Source of the DNA: a virus
Lineage: Duplodnaviria; Caudoviricetes
DNA: 24,455 nt
IMG/VR virus record: IMGVR_UViG_3300046758_000004
Span: 1-24,455 of that record
Strand: one strand, 5' to 3'
Shown here: positions 9,827 to 19,282 of the stretch, piece after piece
Layout of the letters: each line of letters opens with the position of its first letter
Numbering within the stretch: the first letter of the stretch is position 1
The notes under the pieces: model-generated
Seen by the model: the letters and a program-made list of their open reading frames with translations, nothing else
The model's database searches: none
Told to the model about the DNA's origin: nothing
Position numbers and translations under genes: made by a program

Positions 9827-10774
9827 TTAACGTGCATTTCCTGAAATATCGTAGACAAATTTACCATTGCGCATAGCTTTGTTAATATTGTCTTGGTTTT
9901 CTTCAAATTCTTTACTAGACATTCTTGCTACATCAGACTCACGGATTTGTCCACCAGCCTCATCAGCGTCTACTTTAGTCTTTGAAGTTCTACTAACCAT
10001 AGAAGCTGCTGCTTTTTTACTAGCTTTCTTAGCTTCTTTAGTTAATCCTTTGTCAACCTTATACAGGTCGATAACTCTAATTACAGAACGTGGATCATCT
10101 GCATTCTCATAGACAGCATCTTGTACCCACTTAGGTTGTTCTTCTGCCCAGTCATGAAAACTATCTGACTCACGTATTGTAATAAAATCTGAATGAGACT
10201 CTAAGATAGTAGCCTCTGCTGACTTACGCATAGTCTCATCATTCATTTTGTCTAACTGTTGTAGTCTTGCTTCAGCTTTACTAAATAGTTGTTGAGCTTT
10301 CTTAGCAGCTATAGTCTCTACTATTCCAGCAATATCAGGATGTTCGGATGCCCATGCATCTATATCTTCATCAGACTTAGGTGGGATAATATTCTCACCC
10401 TTCATACGAGCCTCTAAGTCTTCAAACTTTTCTTGCCAGTCTTTTTCTTTTTCAGACATATGACGACGAAGATCACCATATCTTTTCTTGAAGGATTTTT
10501 CTTCTCGACTTAACCCCTCATCAGACTCCGATGCTTCGGCTTCCTCTTTGGCTTCTTCTTGTTTGGAACTACTTGCATCCGATACTTCGGTTGCCTCAGA
10601 TCCTTCGCCATCGGATTCTTCTTCAATAGTTTCACCACGAGCCTCTGCTTCTAAACGTTTTATCTCTTTTTCTTCAGCTTCCATAGCTGCACGTTTTTTA
10701 TTATTATTATAACCCCTATCTACAAATCCTGCAGTCTTCGGGGTTTCCATTGTACTTAGTTCTGGCATATCCAT
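9827..10774 (-). CDS. Capsid scaffolding protein
   Basis: Acidic, coiled-coil-rich, with a FKKRYGDLRRH motif and a C-terminal helix (MSSKEFEENQDNINKAMRNGK). Lies immediately upstream of the capsid. True start may be ATG 10768, based on SD spacing. Confidence 0.8.
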   Translation of the reverse strand: MDMPELSTMETPKTAGFVDRGYNNNKKRAAMEAEEKEIKRLEAEARGETIEEESDGEGSEATEVSDASSSKQEEAKEEAEASESDEGLSREEKSFKKRYGDLRRHMSEKEKDWQEKFEDLEARMKGENIIPPKSDEDIDAWASEHPDIAGIVETIAAKKAQQLFSKAEARLQQLDKMNDETMRKSAEATILESHSDFITIRESDSFHDWAEEQPKWVQDAVYENADDPRSVIRVIDLYKVDKGLTKEAKKASKKAAASMVSRTSKTKVDADEAGGQIRESDVARMSSKEFEENQDNINKAMRNGKFVYDISGNAR

Positions 10775-10786
10775 TATCCTTATGTT

Positions 10787-10812
10787 GGGGTCAGCATTAT
10801 TGCTGAGTAGCC
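10787..10812 (-). promoter_or_regulatory. Stem-loop with CTAC/CC internal loop just upstream of the scaffold SD
   Basis: Minus strand GG-CTAC-TCAGC-aataat-GCTGA-CC-CC, about 5 nt before AAGGA. Confidence 0.6.
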
Positions 10813-10841
10813 TTATTATTGTTTGGATACCTTATAGGTAT

Positions 10842-12743
10842 TTATTTTTTACTTGGTTTCTTCATTAGTCCACCTTTAGCTCTACCACCTCGTGCCAGTC
10901 CTCTAGAATCAAACTGACCTGATTTTGTTCTTGCTTCAATGGTTCTTTGTGACTTTGCCCTATCTGCCATTTTTTCTGATCTTGACTTTTGGCTTTGAGT
11001 TCTTGAAAGTGCTTGACCTGTTGTAGTCTGACCACGGTCTCTAGCTCTTCTAATTTCAGCTTCAGTAGCAACATTACCAGCATCTTTTTGAGCTTTCAAT
11101 TTAGCTAATGTTGCAGATTCTTTTCTTCTAGCTTCAGCTGCTACAGCTTGACGTTTTGCTTCTGCATCAGTAGTAATTTTTAGTCTTCTTTCTTTTGTGG
11201 CAGCTTTAGCTTGAAGCTCTTTGTTGTTTGCATCTATTGCAGCTTTAAGCTCATCTTTTTTCCACTGTGGCATATTCTGTAAGTCAGCAACACTATGGAA
11301 ACCATTACCTCTAGTACCTTTAACATCGTCAAGAAAACCTTTACCCATAATTTGATTTACTAATGTTATAGTATAACCTTCACCATTTTGGGTATCAGCA
11401 AAAGCTCTTTGTTCTTTAGTCATACTAGCTTTATAAGACTCTCCAGCCTTGACTGCAGATTCAGCTCGAACGGAATCACCAATTAAATTTGCTATATTTT
11501 CCATAGCTTTAATCTTATTGATTGTTGCTTTTCTTTCCATCTTTTGACCAATAACCATAGCTGGCCCCCACCCTGGAATAGCAACACCTAAACCTTTAGC
11601 TATACCACTTATTTTTTCTTGAGGTTTAGATAACTCTTTCATATAAGCATCAAAGTCTTCTGGGTTAGACCAATCAAGTTGTTCAGTAGCTTGTACCCTC
11701 CAACCTTTTTCAACGTAAGGTGTAGACATTTCAGTCCCACCTATACCATCCATATTATCTCTATCTCTAGTAGGTTCTAATTCAGGTACACAACTATCTG
11801 ATTCTTCATCATATACTGTACCTGGTGCACATACTGGAGTTGTAGGAGCTACAGGAGCTACAGGAGTTTCTTGTTCTTCAGGCGATTTAGGGACTCCTGG
11901 GCCTTGGTAAAAGTAAGATCCACCTGGGATACCATACATAGAAGATAAAGATGTAGGTGAAACAGCATAAGATTTTGTTTGTTCCGAGTTTAAGCTTAAT
12001 GGTTTAACTTGATCTGGTCTTACAGTAGTACCTAAGCCTGTCATTGATAATGGATCTAGATAAGTACCTTCAGAAGCTTTAATAGGTTGTTGATTAGTTA
12101 CTGGATTAGTTGTTTGAGCTGGAGCATTCTGTGATTGCATCTGTGCAGGTTCATTAGTAGCTGGGGTACGATTAATAGTAATACCACGTTTAGCTAACTC
12201 ATCCATAATTCCAGGATTATTCTTAGTCATTTGCATAAACTGACCAATAACTTGATCTATACGAGTTGGATCATTATAAGGAGATTGCGCCATACCACCA
12301 GTAGCAAAACCTACAGTCAACCCACCTTCGTTTAGTTTTTGATTTACTAAAGGATCATTCATTGCAGTATAGACCATCTTATCCATAAGACCGCCATTAG
12401 CTACACCTGTTCTCATCATCTCTTCGAGACCAGCTAAATCACCTTCAGTCATACCTTGAGAAGGTTCAACAGGTTCGCCACCTATTCTACCATCCTCTTC
12501 CATGTTTTGCAAGCCCATCTTAGCTTCATTACGCATATCCTCAAACACACGAACACCAAAGTATCTTACCACATCGGCAGGTACTACGTACTCACCTTCA
12601 GACAACTGAGCCGGTATGTCATCACGGACTTCACTGGCAAGAGATCCTGAAGGTATTTCATTACCTGATACAGGATCACGATCCATTCCGTCATCTGCAA
12701 TACCACCTTCTTCAAACATACTCATTTGTCTATTCATTATCAT
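10842..12743 (-). CDS. Probable internal virion / ejected protein
   Basis: DDIPAQLSEGEYVVPADVVRYFG motif, several xxGG motifs, low complexity, basic C-terminus. Lies between portal and scaffold. True start may be 12737. Confidence 0.55.
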   Translation of the reverse strand: MIMNRQMSMFEEGGIADDGMDRDPVSGNEIPSGSLASEVRDDIPAQLSEGEYVVPADVVRYFGVRVFEDMRNEAKMGLQNMEEDGRIGGEPVEPSQGMTEGDLAGLEEMMRTGVANGGLMDKMVYTAMNDPLVNQKLNEGGLTVGFATGGMAQSPYNDPTRIDQVIGQFMQMTKNNPGIMDELAKRGITINRTPATNEPAQMQSQNAPAQTTNPVTNQQPIKASEGTYLDPLSMTGLGTTVRPDQVKPLSLNSEQTKSYAVSPTSLSSMYGIPGGSYFYQGPGVPKSPEEQETPVAPVAPTTPVCAPGTVYDEESDSCVPELEPTRDRDNMDGIGGTEMSTPYVEKGWRVQATEQLDWSNPEDFDAYMKELSKPQEKISGIAKGLGVAIPGWGPAMVIGQKMERKATINKIKAMENIANLIGDSVRAESAVKAGESYKASMTKEQRAFADTQNGEGYTITLVNQIMGKGFLDDVKGTRGNGFHSVADLQNMPQWKKDELKAAIDANNKELQAKAATKERRLKITTDAEAKRQAVAAEARRKESATLAKLKAQKDAGNVATEAEIRRARDRGQTTTGQALSRTQSQKSRSEKMADRAKSQRTIEARTKSGQFDSRGLARGGRAKGGLMKKPSKK

Positions 12744-14792
12744 TTACCTTTTTTTATAAGAAGGATTGTATTCATCCTTCATTTCTTTTTTTGCTTCTAA
12801 TTTTGTCCACTGATCTCCGTACTGTGAGTCTTGGGTTTTTTCAGGGGGTAAAATTTTTCTTTGTTTAGCAGTTAAGTTCATTCTATCTGTAACATTACGT
12901 GCTTCTACTTCGCCTGAACTAAGTTCATAAATAATATATTCTTTTTCCTCTAAAGTCTTGAACCCTAAAGGATCAAAGTATTTCTTAGGTTCTATAGGCT
13001 CTATAGGTTTTTTAGTTACAAGGCGTTTTAAGGTAGGTAGATCGTTATACTTATCTAAATCTCTTTTATATTGTTTTGAAGCTTTTCTGTAGTCTCTCCA
13101 AACTTGTTTACCTTTATCAGAATTAGAAGCTACTCTAACCATTACACTCACAGCATCAGTTTCAGGGGAAGTGCCAAGATCAAAATTTTCTGCTCGTTGT
13201 ATCATATGTTGCATTTCATGAAGTATTGTTGACTTCCAAGCATCTTCACTTAACTCAGGATTCATAGAAATATAACCAAATTTTGGTTCAAAGTAAGCTA
13301 GTACTCCTTCATACTTTGAATTATTAAAGAATTTTTTATCTACTATAACGGGTACGTTTCTTAAATTTGGATACTGTTCAAATAAAATTGGGTGTTCTAC
13401 AATTTCATCTAGACTAGTCCAAGTTTTTTCTATCTTATATCCAGGATTAGCATCTTCAAATGAAAGTTTTTCTTCGGGAGATAAATTGTAATACCTTGAT
13501 TTTTCTGCTATAAAATCATCTATATCATAGCTAGGGTCTTCTCCTACAACAGTTAGGTTTTTACTTTTTATATTAAGTTTTGAATCATCTATTTCAAACC
13601 TTAACATACCATCCCTACCTCTAAAATACTCACCATTATCTAAAGACTTTAAAGTCTTTTTAAAATATTTTGGATGTTCTATCATTAAAGATATTGCATT
13701 TGATTGGGCTGTTTGTGCTGTATCATTGTAAAATGTATACTCTGGACTCTTTAAAGCTATCTCAGGTATTTCTGGGCTTTTAGGATCTAACTTCTTAATC
13801 TTTTGTAACATATCAAAATCTAAATCAACTTCATCAGATAATACTTTTTGTTTAAAAACTTCAAACTCAGAGTTAAAAGAATTTGTAATCCTGTCTACAT
13901 CAGGTGCATTTTTTGCATTAAGCCCACCAAAAATTCTTAATGAACCTTCAGGTACTTTAACTAAAGATGAACCTACACCCATACCAGCAGTAGCATCAAA
14001 GACATCAGCTAAATTTATATCATCACCAGATACTTTACCTATTGAAGCCCCTGATATTTTAGATACTGTATCGTAAACTCCTTCAGCAACTGACTTACCT
14101 ACACCATAAATTTGCCGTATACTAGGTAACTCAGCACCTTCTTCCCACCATTCTTTAGCCGCTTCAACTACAGGTTCAAGATTTTCTTTCCAACGTTCAG
14201 CACCTGTTCTATTATCTTCAGGTTTAGATGTACCAAATATAGTGTAGGTTTTACCTAGCCTATCTATGAACATGTGTCCACCATCAGACTCACCTAAATA
14301 CTTATCATCATCTCTTGCATCTAATAAACTCAGTGGTCTACTATCAAGATCGCTAACTGTAATTGGAGCTACTAGTTCTTCTTGAACTTCTGTTTTATTC
14401 TTGTTAAGACCGAAAGCACTTTCTGTTTGATCTTTGAGACTAGCTGCCCCACCTTTGAAATAACCATATGCTTCTCCTGTTTCTTTTCTAGTTTTTGATC
14501 TGTCTATAGCATAATCTATTGCATCTTTTTTAGATTTAAATTTAGGTAGTTTTTCTCCTGTAAGGTAATCTATAGGTCCATACTCTATAACATATTCCCT
14601 TAATTGATCTTCAGTATATTGATCACCACTTTCAGATACAGTTGGCATAGTATACCAATCCCCATCAACCTCAAATGTTGTAGATCTTTCAGAATAGTCT
14701 TCACCTGTCTTTGGATCATTCCAAATAATTCTACCAGATACTGTTTTATTTCCAGTATTATATGGAGTCTGAGTAAGAGTTTTATCCCCCAT
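12744..14792 (-). CDS. Polyvalent-type protein with LPD23-like region and HEXXH zincin metallopeptidase motif; probable internal virion protein
   Basis: FRGRDGMLRFEIDDS, HPILFEQYPNL, TILHEMQHMIQRAENF (HEXXH) and GEVEARNV motifs, matching my recollection of LPD23-containing phage proteins. Confidence 0.6.
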   Translation of the reverse strand: MGDKTLTQTPYNTGNKTVSGRIIWNDPKTGEDYSERSTTFEVDGDWYTMPTVSESGDQYTEDQLREYVIEYGPIDYLTGEKLPKFKSKKDAIDYAIDRSKTRKETGEAYGYFKGGAASLKDQTESAFGLNKNKTEVQEELVAPITVSDLDSRPLSLLDARDDDKYLGESDGGHMFIDRLGKTYTIFGTSKPEDNRTGAERWKENLEPVVEAAKEWWEEGAELPSIRQIYGVGKSVAEGVYDTVSKISGASIGKVSGDDINLADVFDATAGMGVGSSLVKVPEGSLRIFGGLNAKNAPDVDRITNSFNSEFEVFKQKVLSDEVDLDFDMLQKIKKLDPKSPEIPEIALKSPEYTFYNDTAQTAQSNAISLMIEHPKYFKKTLKSLDNGEYFRGRDGMLRFEIDDSKLNIKSKNLTVVGEDPSYDIDDFIAEKSRYYNLSPEEKLSFEDANPGYKIEKTWTSLDEIVEHPILFEQYPNLRNVPVIVDKKFFNNSKYEGVLAYFEPKFGYISMNPELSEDAWKSTILHEMQHMIQRAENFDLGTSPETDAVSVMVRVASNSDKGKQVWRDYRKASKQYKRDLDKYNDLPTLKRLVTKKPIEPIEPKKYFDPLGFKTLEEKEYIIYELSSGEVEARNVTDRMNLTAKQRKILPPEKTQDSQYGDQWTKLEAKKEMKDEYNPSYKKR

Positions 14793-14976
14793 TGACCTGA
14801 TCTCTTAACTGTTTTATTTTACGTAAAGCAAATGCTTGTCCTTGTAATCTAAATAGTTCTTCTGCTCTACTAGACTGTTCCATTACTCTATGAACCTCTG
14901 AGATTCTTCTGTCTATTTCTTCTAGAAAAGAATCCCATAAAGCTTTATCATTTACAAAAGGTTTTAAATTATTCAT
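14782..14976 (-). CDS. Small hypothetical protein downstream of portal
   Basis: 64 aa, helical, containing LFRLQGQ. ATGA overlap with the portal stop indicates translational coupling. Confidence 0.75.
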   Translation of the reverse strand: MNNLKPFVNDKALWDSFLEEIDRRISEVHRVMEQSSRAEELFRLQGQAFALRKIKQLRDQVNGG

Positions 14977-17078
14977 GCAGCACCTTGTCCAGTATTAGCT
15001 GAAAAGCCAGGTTCTCCTGGAGTAGGCACTGAGCCTGTCCCTATAGTACCACCACCAGCTCCTGTAGGATCTCCTGCCTGTGCACCAGCTGGTCCACCTT
15101 GAGGCTGTCCTGGGGCTTCTGGTTGAGGCTCAGGAGGATTAGCTTCCTGCCACTTCTTAAGCATCTCTGCTTGTATTGTAGCATCTGACATTGAATTAAC
15201 TAATTTATCAGGGTCAAGTTCCATAGACTTAGCTATTTCACGAATGATGTAGTCCATCTTAGCAAATGGTGCTAGTACTGGATTCTGTACAACTTGTAAG
15301 AATTGCATTAGTCGTTGGCTACGTACTTCATTAGCCATTAAGCTTTCTGTACCACGAGCCTTAACATCAAGATCACCTTTGATCTCTTCATCATAATCAA
15401 ACTGCATGTTGAAGTTAAAGAATGCTTTAGCCATAGGACCAAGTAAATAATCATCTACATTCTTGACTACATTACGTATACTTCCGTTAGCCGCAGACAT
15501 AAGCATTGAGATGCCAGAAGCTGTACGGCCTACACCTGACACACCTGTTTGACCATGTGCGAAAGAAGGAAAGCCTGTTGATTCATCTGATAGTACACGA
15601 GCTTTATCAAACATCTGCATGTTTTCATTAGAAACATTTGGAAACTTAGTTCCAAAGATTGCTTGTCCAGGTGCTCCACCTTGTCGTCTAAAGACTTTTC
15701 CAGGGTATACAGATAGATCTTGACCTGGGGTTAAGTTAGTTTCATCAACCTCTATAATCATATTACCAGATAAAGCAGCATTGTCAACAGCCATTCTCAT
15801 GAAACCATTCATAAGAGTTTGAGTATCATCCATGTTTTCAGCAATACCTATACCAAATAAGCTATAAGGACTTACTTCATAAGGTACAGCATAGTATGGT
15901 ATTAGTGTAGGTGTAAATGGATTCATTACTAAACGTAATACTTGACCATTACAAATCCAGATGTTTACTGAGACTTGATCTAAATCTTTAAGATCACTTG
16001 GTATATCTACATCATGTCCTTCAAGAACTTCTGTATCTACATTACCCCAAAACTCTAGAACTTCATAACGTTCTGCTTTAGCCTCATTAGAGTCATCTTC
16101 CATAGCTTGTTCCCACCACTCTTTAGTGTAGGACTCACCCATGTTTACTGCTGTATCTATAGCATTTTTACGGAAGAAAGGTCTACGTTTAAGCGCACGT
16201 ATTTGAGTACGTGACATCTTATGACGTTCTATTATATACTCTGCTTCATCCATGTTAGCTGCATCTGGATCAGGATAAAAGTTCCATATAGATACAGATG
16301 AGGTTTGAGGTACTGTTTTAATTAGAGGTGTATATTCACCTTCTTCGTATTTAGGATATTCTTTATCTACAGCAAAGGGCCCTTTCATTACTCCTGTACC
16401 AAATAAGGCACACTCAAAGGCAGCAACTCTTAGTTGTTTGTTTGCATTAGACTCTTCTAATTGATCATGGATTTTCTTTTCCATTTTCTTTGCAGAAACC
16501 ATAGCAGGGTGTATAGTAATTTCAGTAGCAGTTCTACCATTACCTTCTTCAAGAATATCAACTACAGGTGCTAACTTATTTTTAGAACCTGCTAGACGTT
16601 CCTGCAGATCTATTACAGTTTCACCTGGACGTAACTGCATTTCTTCTGGGCCAAACTCTTCTTTGGCTTTACGCATATCATCATTAGACTCAAAGAATAC
16701 TGAGTCTGCTACACCTTCAGGTAGTGTAGTAGGGTCAACTGTAATAGGGAACTTACTGTTACCAAAGAGTACATCTACTATTTGACCATAAGCAGCTAGT
16801 ACTTTAGTCTTAGTAACTTTAACAAACACCCTAGACTTTTCTGTAGAAGTAAACTGGACATCTGGTCCATATAAACCACGATAGTTACGGTAGGCTTGTA
16901 CCCAACGTTTTTCTTCGTTCTCACGAGCAGTGGAAGCTTTAGTATAATGATCTTGTACTAAACCAACTACAGTTCCTGAAAGTGGATCAGAATAATTATC
17001 TTCATCCATGTCTTCTATAGCATTAGCCTCTACTGAGTCCATTGCCATTTCATTTTCAAAGATTTCATCTTCTTCCAT
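14973..17078 (-). CDS. Portal protein
   Basis: 701 aa directly after TerL. ALFGTGVMKGP, WNFYPDPDA, FGIGIAE and RTASGISML motifs of P22-like portals, with a Pro/Gly-rich tail. Confidence 0.9.
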   Translation of the reverse strand: MEEDEIFENEMAMDSVEANAIEDMDEDNYSDPLSGTVVGLVQDHYTKASTARENEEKRWVQAYRNYRGLYGPDVQFTSTEKSRVFVKVTKTKVLAAYGQIVDVLFGNSKFPITVDPTTLPEGVADSVFFESNDDMRKAKEEFGPEEMQLRPGETVIDLQERLAGSKNKLAPVVDILEEGNGRTATEITIHPAMVSAKKMEKKIHDQLEESNANKQLRVAAFECALFGTGVMKGPFAVDKEYPKYEEGEYTPLIKTVPQTSSVSIWNFYPDPDAANMDEAEYIIERHKMSRTQIRALKRRPFFRKNAIDTAVNMGESYTKEWWEQAMEDDSNEAKAERYEVLEFWGNVDTEVLEGHDVDIPSDLKDLDQVSVNIWICNGQVLRLVMNPFTPTLIPYYAVPYEVSPYSLFGIGIAENMDDTQTLMNGFMRMAVDNAALSGNMIIEVDETNLTPGQDLSVYPGKVFRRQGGAPGQAIFGTKFPNVSNENMQMFDKARVLSDESTGFPSFAHGQTGVSGVGRTASGISMLMSAANGSIRNVVKNVDDYLLGPMAKAFFNFNMQFDYDEEIKGDLDVKARGTESLMANEVRSQRLMQFLQVVQNPVLAPFAKMDYIIREIAKSMELDPDKLVNSMSDATIQAEMLKKWQEANPPEPQPEAPGQPQGGPAGAQAGDPTGAGGGTIGTGSVPTPGEPGFSANTGQGAA

Positions 17079-17087
17079 TGCTTTTCC

Positions 17088-18704
17088 TTAATAACCGAAA
17101 GTTGGGTCGCTGGCTTGAAAACCTGAGTTAGATGTAGGATCATAATCAAATAAACTACTTCTAGGTCTTGTCATTATTCCGTACCTTAATGCATCGTACA
17201 GGTGATCTTCAGCATGTGTATCTACATCTTCTGGATTCTTTTTATCTAAAGGTATAGAAGGTAATTGAGATATAGTATGAGAGCATGTATTAAAAAATAC
17301 TAGTCTAGGTTCTTCTGTAAACTCATCAACTTGTAGTCTTCTGTGTAATTCGTTCTTACCTGCTACACGAGATCCTCTTGATCTATCTGCTGGTCTCCAC
17401 CTACACCCACGCATTATCATCTGTTCTGCTAGAGATGGTCCAGTATCACCACGTTTATGCCACAAAGAACTATCAAGCACACCATAACGTATTTTTTCAA
17501 ACTGTTCAACATCTAATATCATATCTGCTAAATCAGTAGCAATAACTTTAGATACATACATCTCTCGATAAACAATCAGTTGTTCATCAGGTGATACTGC
17601 TATCCAAACAACTCCAGTATACGAACCATAACCATAGTCACATGCTCTAAACTTAGGCCAGTTATCGGGAATATCAAATGGTTCAATTACATGTATTTGT
17701 CTGTTGAACTCTGGGAAGGCTGCACCTTCATTAATATCCCAATCACCTTCAAGTAACTGCCTTCGCTGATGCTCAGGTAACGACAGTAGATTTGCCTCGT
17801 ACATACCATCATCAGCTAAGTAAGGATTATCAAACAAAGTAGCAGGTATAAACCTACGTTTGAATAATGGTTCACCTTCTTTGCTATGACCTTTAGGCCA
17901 CTCAATAACATCACCTGTTTCAGGATCTGTAGCCCAGAAAGCCTTATTAGGTACTTCAGGGTCGATGAAAGTCTTCTTTACCCATTGATGACCTGGGCCA
18001 CCTGGGTTGGATGTTGCTCTCATGTGGAGAGGTAGACCCGATTGTTTAGTTGTACGTAGCCTTGAACGCATATAGTTCCAAGGATACGGTGTAGGCCACT
18101 GTGTCATCTCGTCAAAGCCAATCCAATTAAAGGCCTGACCTTGATATCTCATTACATCATCATCTCTATCTAGATATGACATCCATAATGTCGCACCTGA
18201 TGGTGCAATCCAAGTTTTATCTCTTTCCATAAACTTAATCCCAGGTATTGCTTTGGGATATAGTTGTTTAGATACAGATATAAGCTCTCTTAACTCCTCT
18301 GTACTTCTACGTACTAGCAACATAGTTGCATGAGGGTTGTTTAGAAAGCGTACAGGGTCAGCAATCATAGCATATGACTTGCCACCCCCAGCAGAACCAC
18401 CATAAAGTACCTCTTGTTCTGTAGATGCTAGGAAATCTGTCTGTGGACCTTCGTTAGGTTCAAAGATTATGTTCCTTGTAGCTTTCTCTACGTCAATCGG
18501 TGGTGATTTCACCTGCGCTGGTGCTAGTTCCTTTTGGGACTCTTGCACCGATACGTTGTCTTTCGAGCTTTTCCGCTTTTTCTGCGGCTTTTTTGTACTT
18601 TTCTGCATAGAAGCGTTGGATTGAAGCTTCTTTCTTACGTTTTTGTTCAAGTTTAACCCTCTGCATAAGACCCACATGAGAGATATAACGTTCTGAAGTA
18701 GCAC
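17088..18704 (-). CDS. terL: Terminase large subunit (start uncertain; GTG 18548 or 18512 plausible)
   Basis: Walker A GGSAGGGKS, Walker B WIGFDE, coupling motif ATSNPGG, RNase H-like nuclease with CDYGY and DHLYDALRY. Confidence 0.95.
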   Translation of the reverse strand: MLLQNVISLMWVLCRGLNLNKNVRKKLQSNASMQKSTKKPQKKRKSSKDNVSVQESQKELAPAQVKSPPIDVEKATRNIIFEPNEGPQTDFLASTEQEVLYGGSAGGGKSYAMIADPVRFLNNPHATMLLVRRSTEELRELISVSKQLYPKAIPGIKFMERDKTWIAPSGATLWMSYLDRDDDVMRYQGQAFNWIGFDEMTQWPTPYPWNYMRSRLRTTKQSGLPLHMRATSNPGGPGHQWVKKTFIDPEVPNKAFWATDPETGDVIEWPKGHSKEGEPLFKRRFIPATLFDNPYLADDGMYEANLLSLPEHQRRQLLEGDWDINEGAAFPEFNRQIHVIEPFDIPDNWPKFRACDYGYGSYTGVVWIAVSPDEQLIVYREMYVSKVIATDLADMILDVEQFEKIRYGVLDSSLWHKRGDTGPSLAEQMIMRGCRWRPADRSRGSRVAGKNELHRRLQVDEFTEEPRLVFFNTCSHTISQLPSIPLDKKNPEDVDTHAEDHLYDALRYGIMTRPRSSLFDYDPTSNSGFQASDPTFGY

Positions 18705-18927
18705 TTAGCCAATTAGAAACTTCACGTAGGCTATATTGCTTAAGATACTTCTTAGCTTGTTCGAATAATTCTAACTCTTCTGGGATTGGTAACAGTATAT
18801 CAGAGTCATTGGGGTCTTGTCTATAGCCAAATGGTATAACTCTACCTACTCTTACTACTGGTAGCCAATCAAACTCACCTTCAGCTTTTTCTGGCTTAGG
18901 TAACTGCCAAGTTTTATTAGTCTTCAT
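18493..18927 (-). CDS. Putative DNA-binding protein resembling the recombinase DNA-binding domain of serine recombinases
   Basis: RVIPFGY...LLPIPEELE...YSLREVSNWL pattern with a basic C-terminus and no catalytic serine domain. Start revised from 18975 to ATG 18927, which overlaps the TerS end. Confidence 0.55.
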   Translation of the reverse strand: MKTNKTWQLPKPEKAEGEFDWLPVVRVGRVIPFGYRQDPNDSDILLPIPEELELFEQAKKYLKQYSLREVSNWLSATSERYISHVGLMQRVKLEQKRKKEASIQRFYAEKYKKAAEKAEKLERQRIGARVPKGTSTSAGEITTD

Positions 18928-19282
18928 CTGATTTAGGAGGTAATATAAACAAAGGACTCTCTGCTTTAACCTCAACCTTATCTGTTTTTACAAAGCCAGC
19001 TCGATCTAGTAGATCTTTTGCAGCTGCCATCTTTTCTTTATTACCCAAGTCAGTTGGGTTTTCCATTACGTCTAGCATAGAGTATGCAGCTTGAGGACCA
19101 CGAGTAGCTATAAGACTCTTAGTCCTCTCTGCAATCTCTGCTTCTAGAGTTTTCATTATACTAGCTGAAGATGTACCTTCGGCATACCCTGCAAGTTTAA
19201 TTGCTTGCATGGTATTACCTCTGGCATCCCCAAATAATGCTTCAAGAAACATTTCTTGTTTTTCTGTAAGGTTACGAGCCAT
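18917..19282 (-). CDS. terS: Terminase small subunit
   Basis: LTEKQEMFL...GNTMQAIKLAGY HTH and AAKDLLDRAG oligomerisation motif, upstream of TerL. Confidence 0.75.
   Translation of the reverse strand: MARNLTEKQEMFLEALFGDARGNTMQAIKLAGYAEGTSSASIMKTLEAEIAERTKSLIATRGPQAAYSMLDVMENPTDLGNKEKMAAAKDLLDRAGFVKTDKVEVKAESPLFILPPKSDED

Noticed and set aside
18493-18704. Programmed frameshift fusing the recombinase-like ORF to TerL
   Set aside because: Joining the frames needs a +1 shift, and I saw no convincing slippery site or stimulatory structure. An internal GTG start is simpler.
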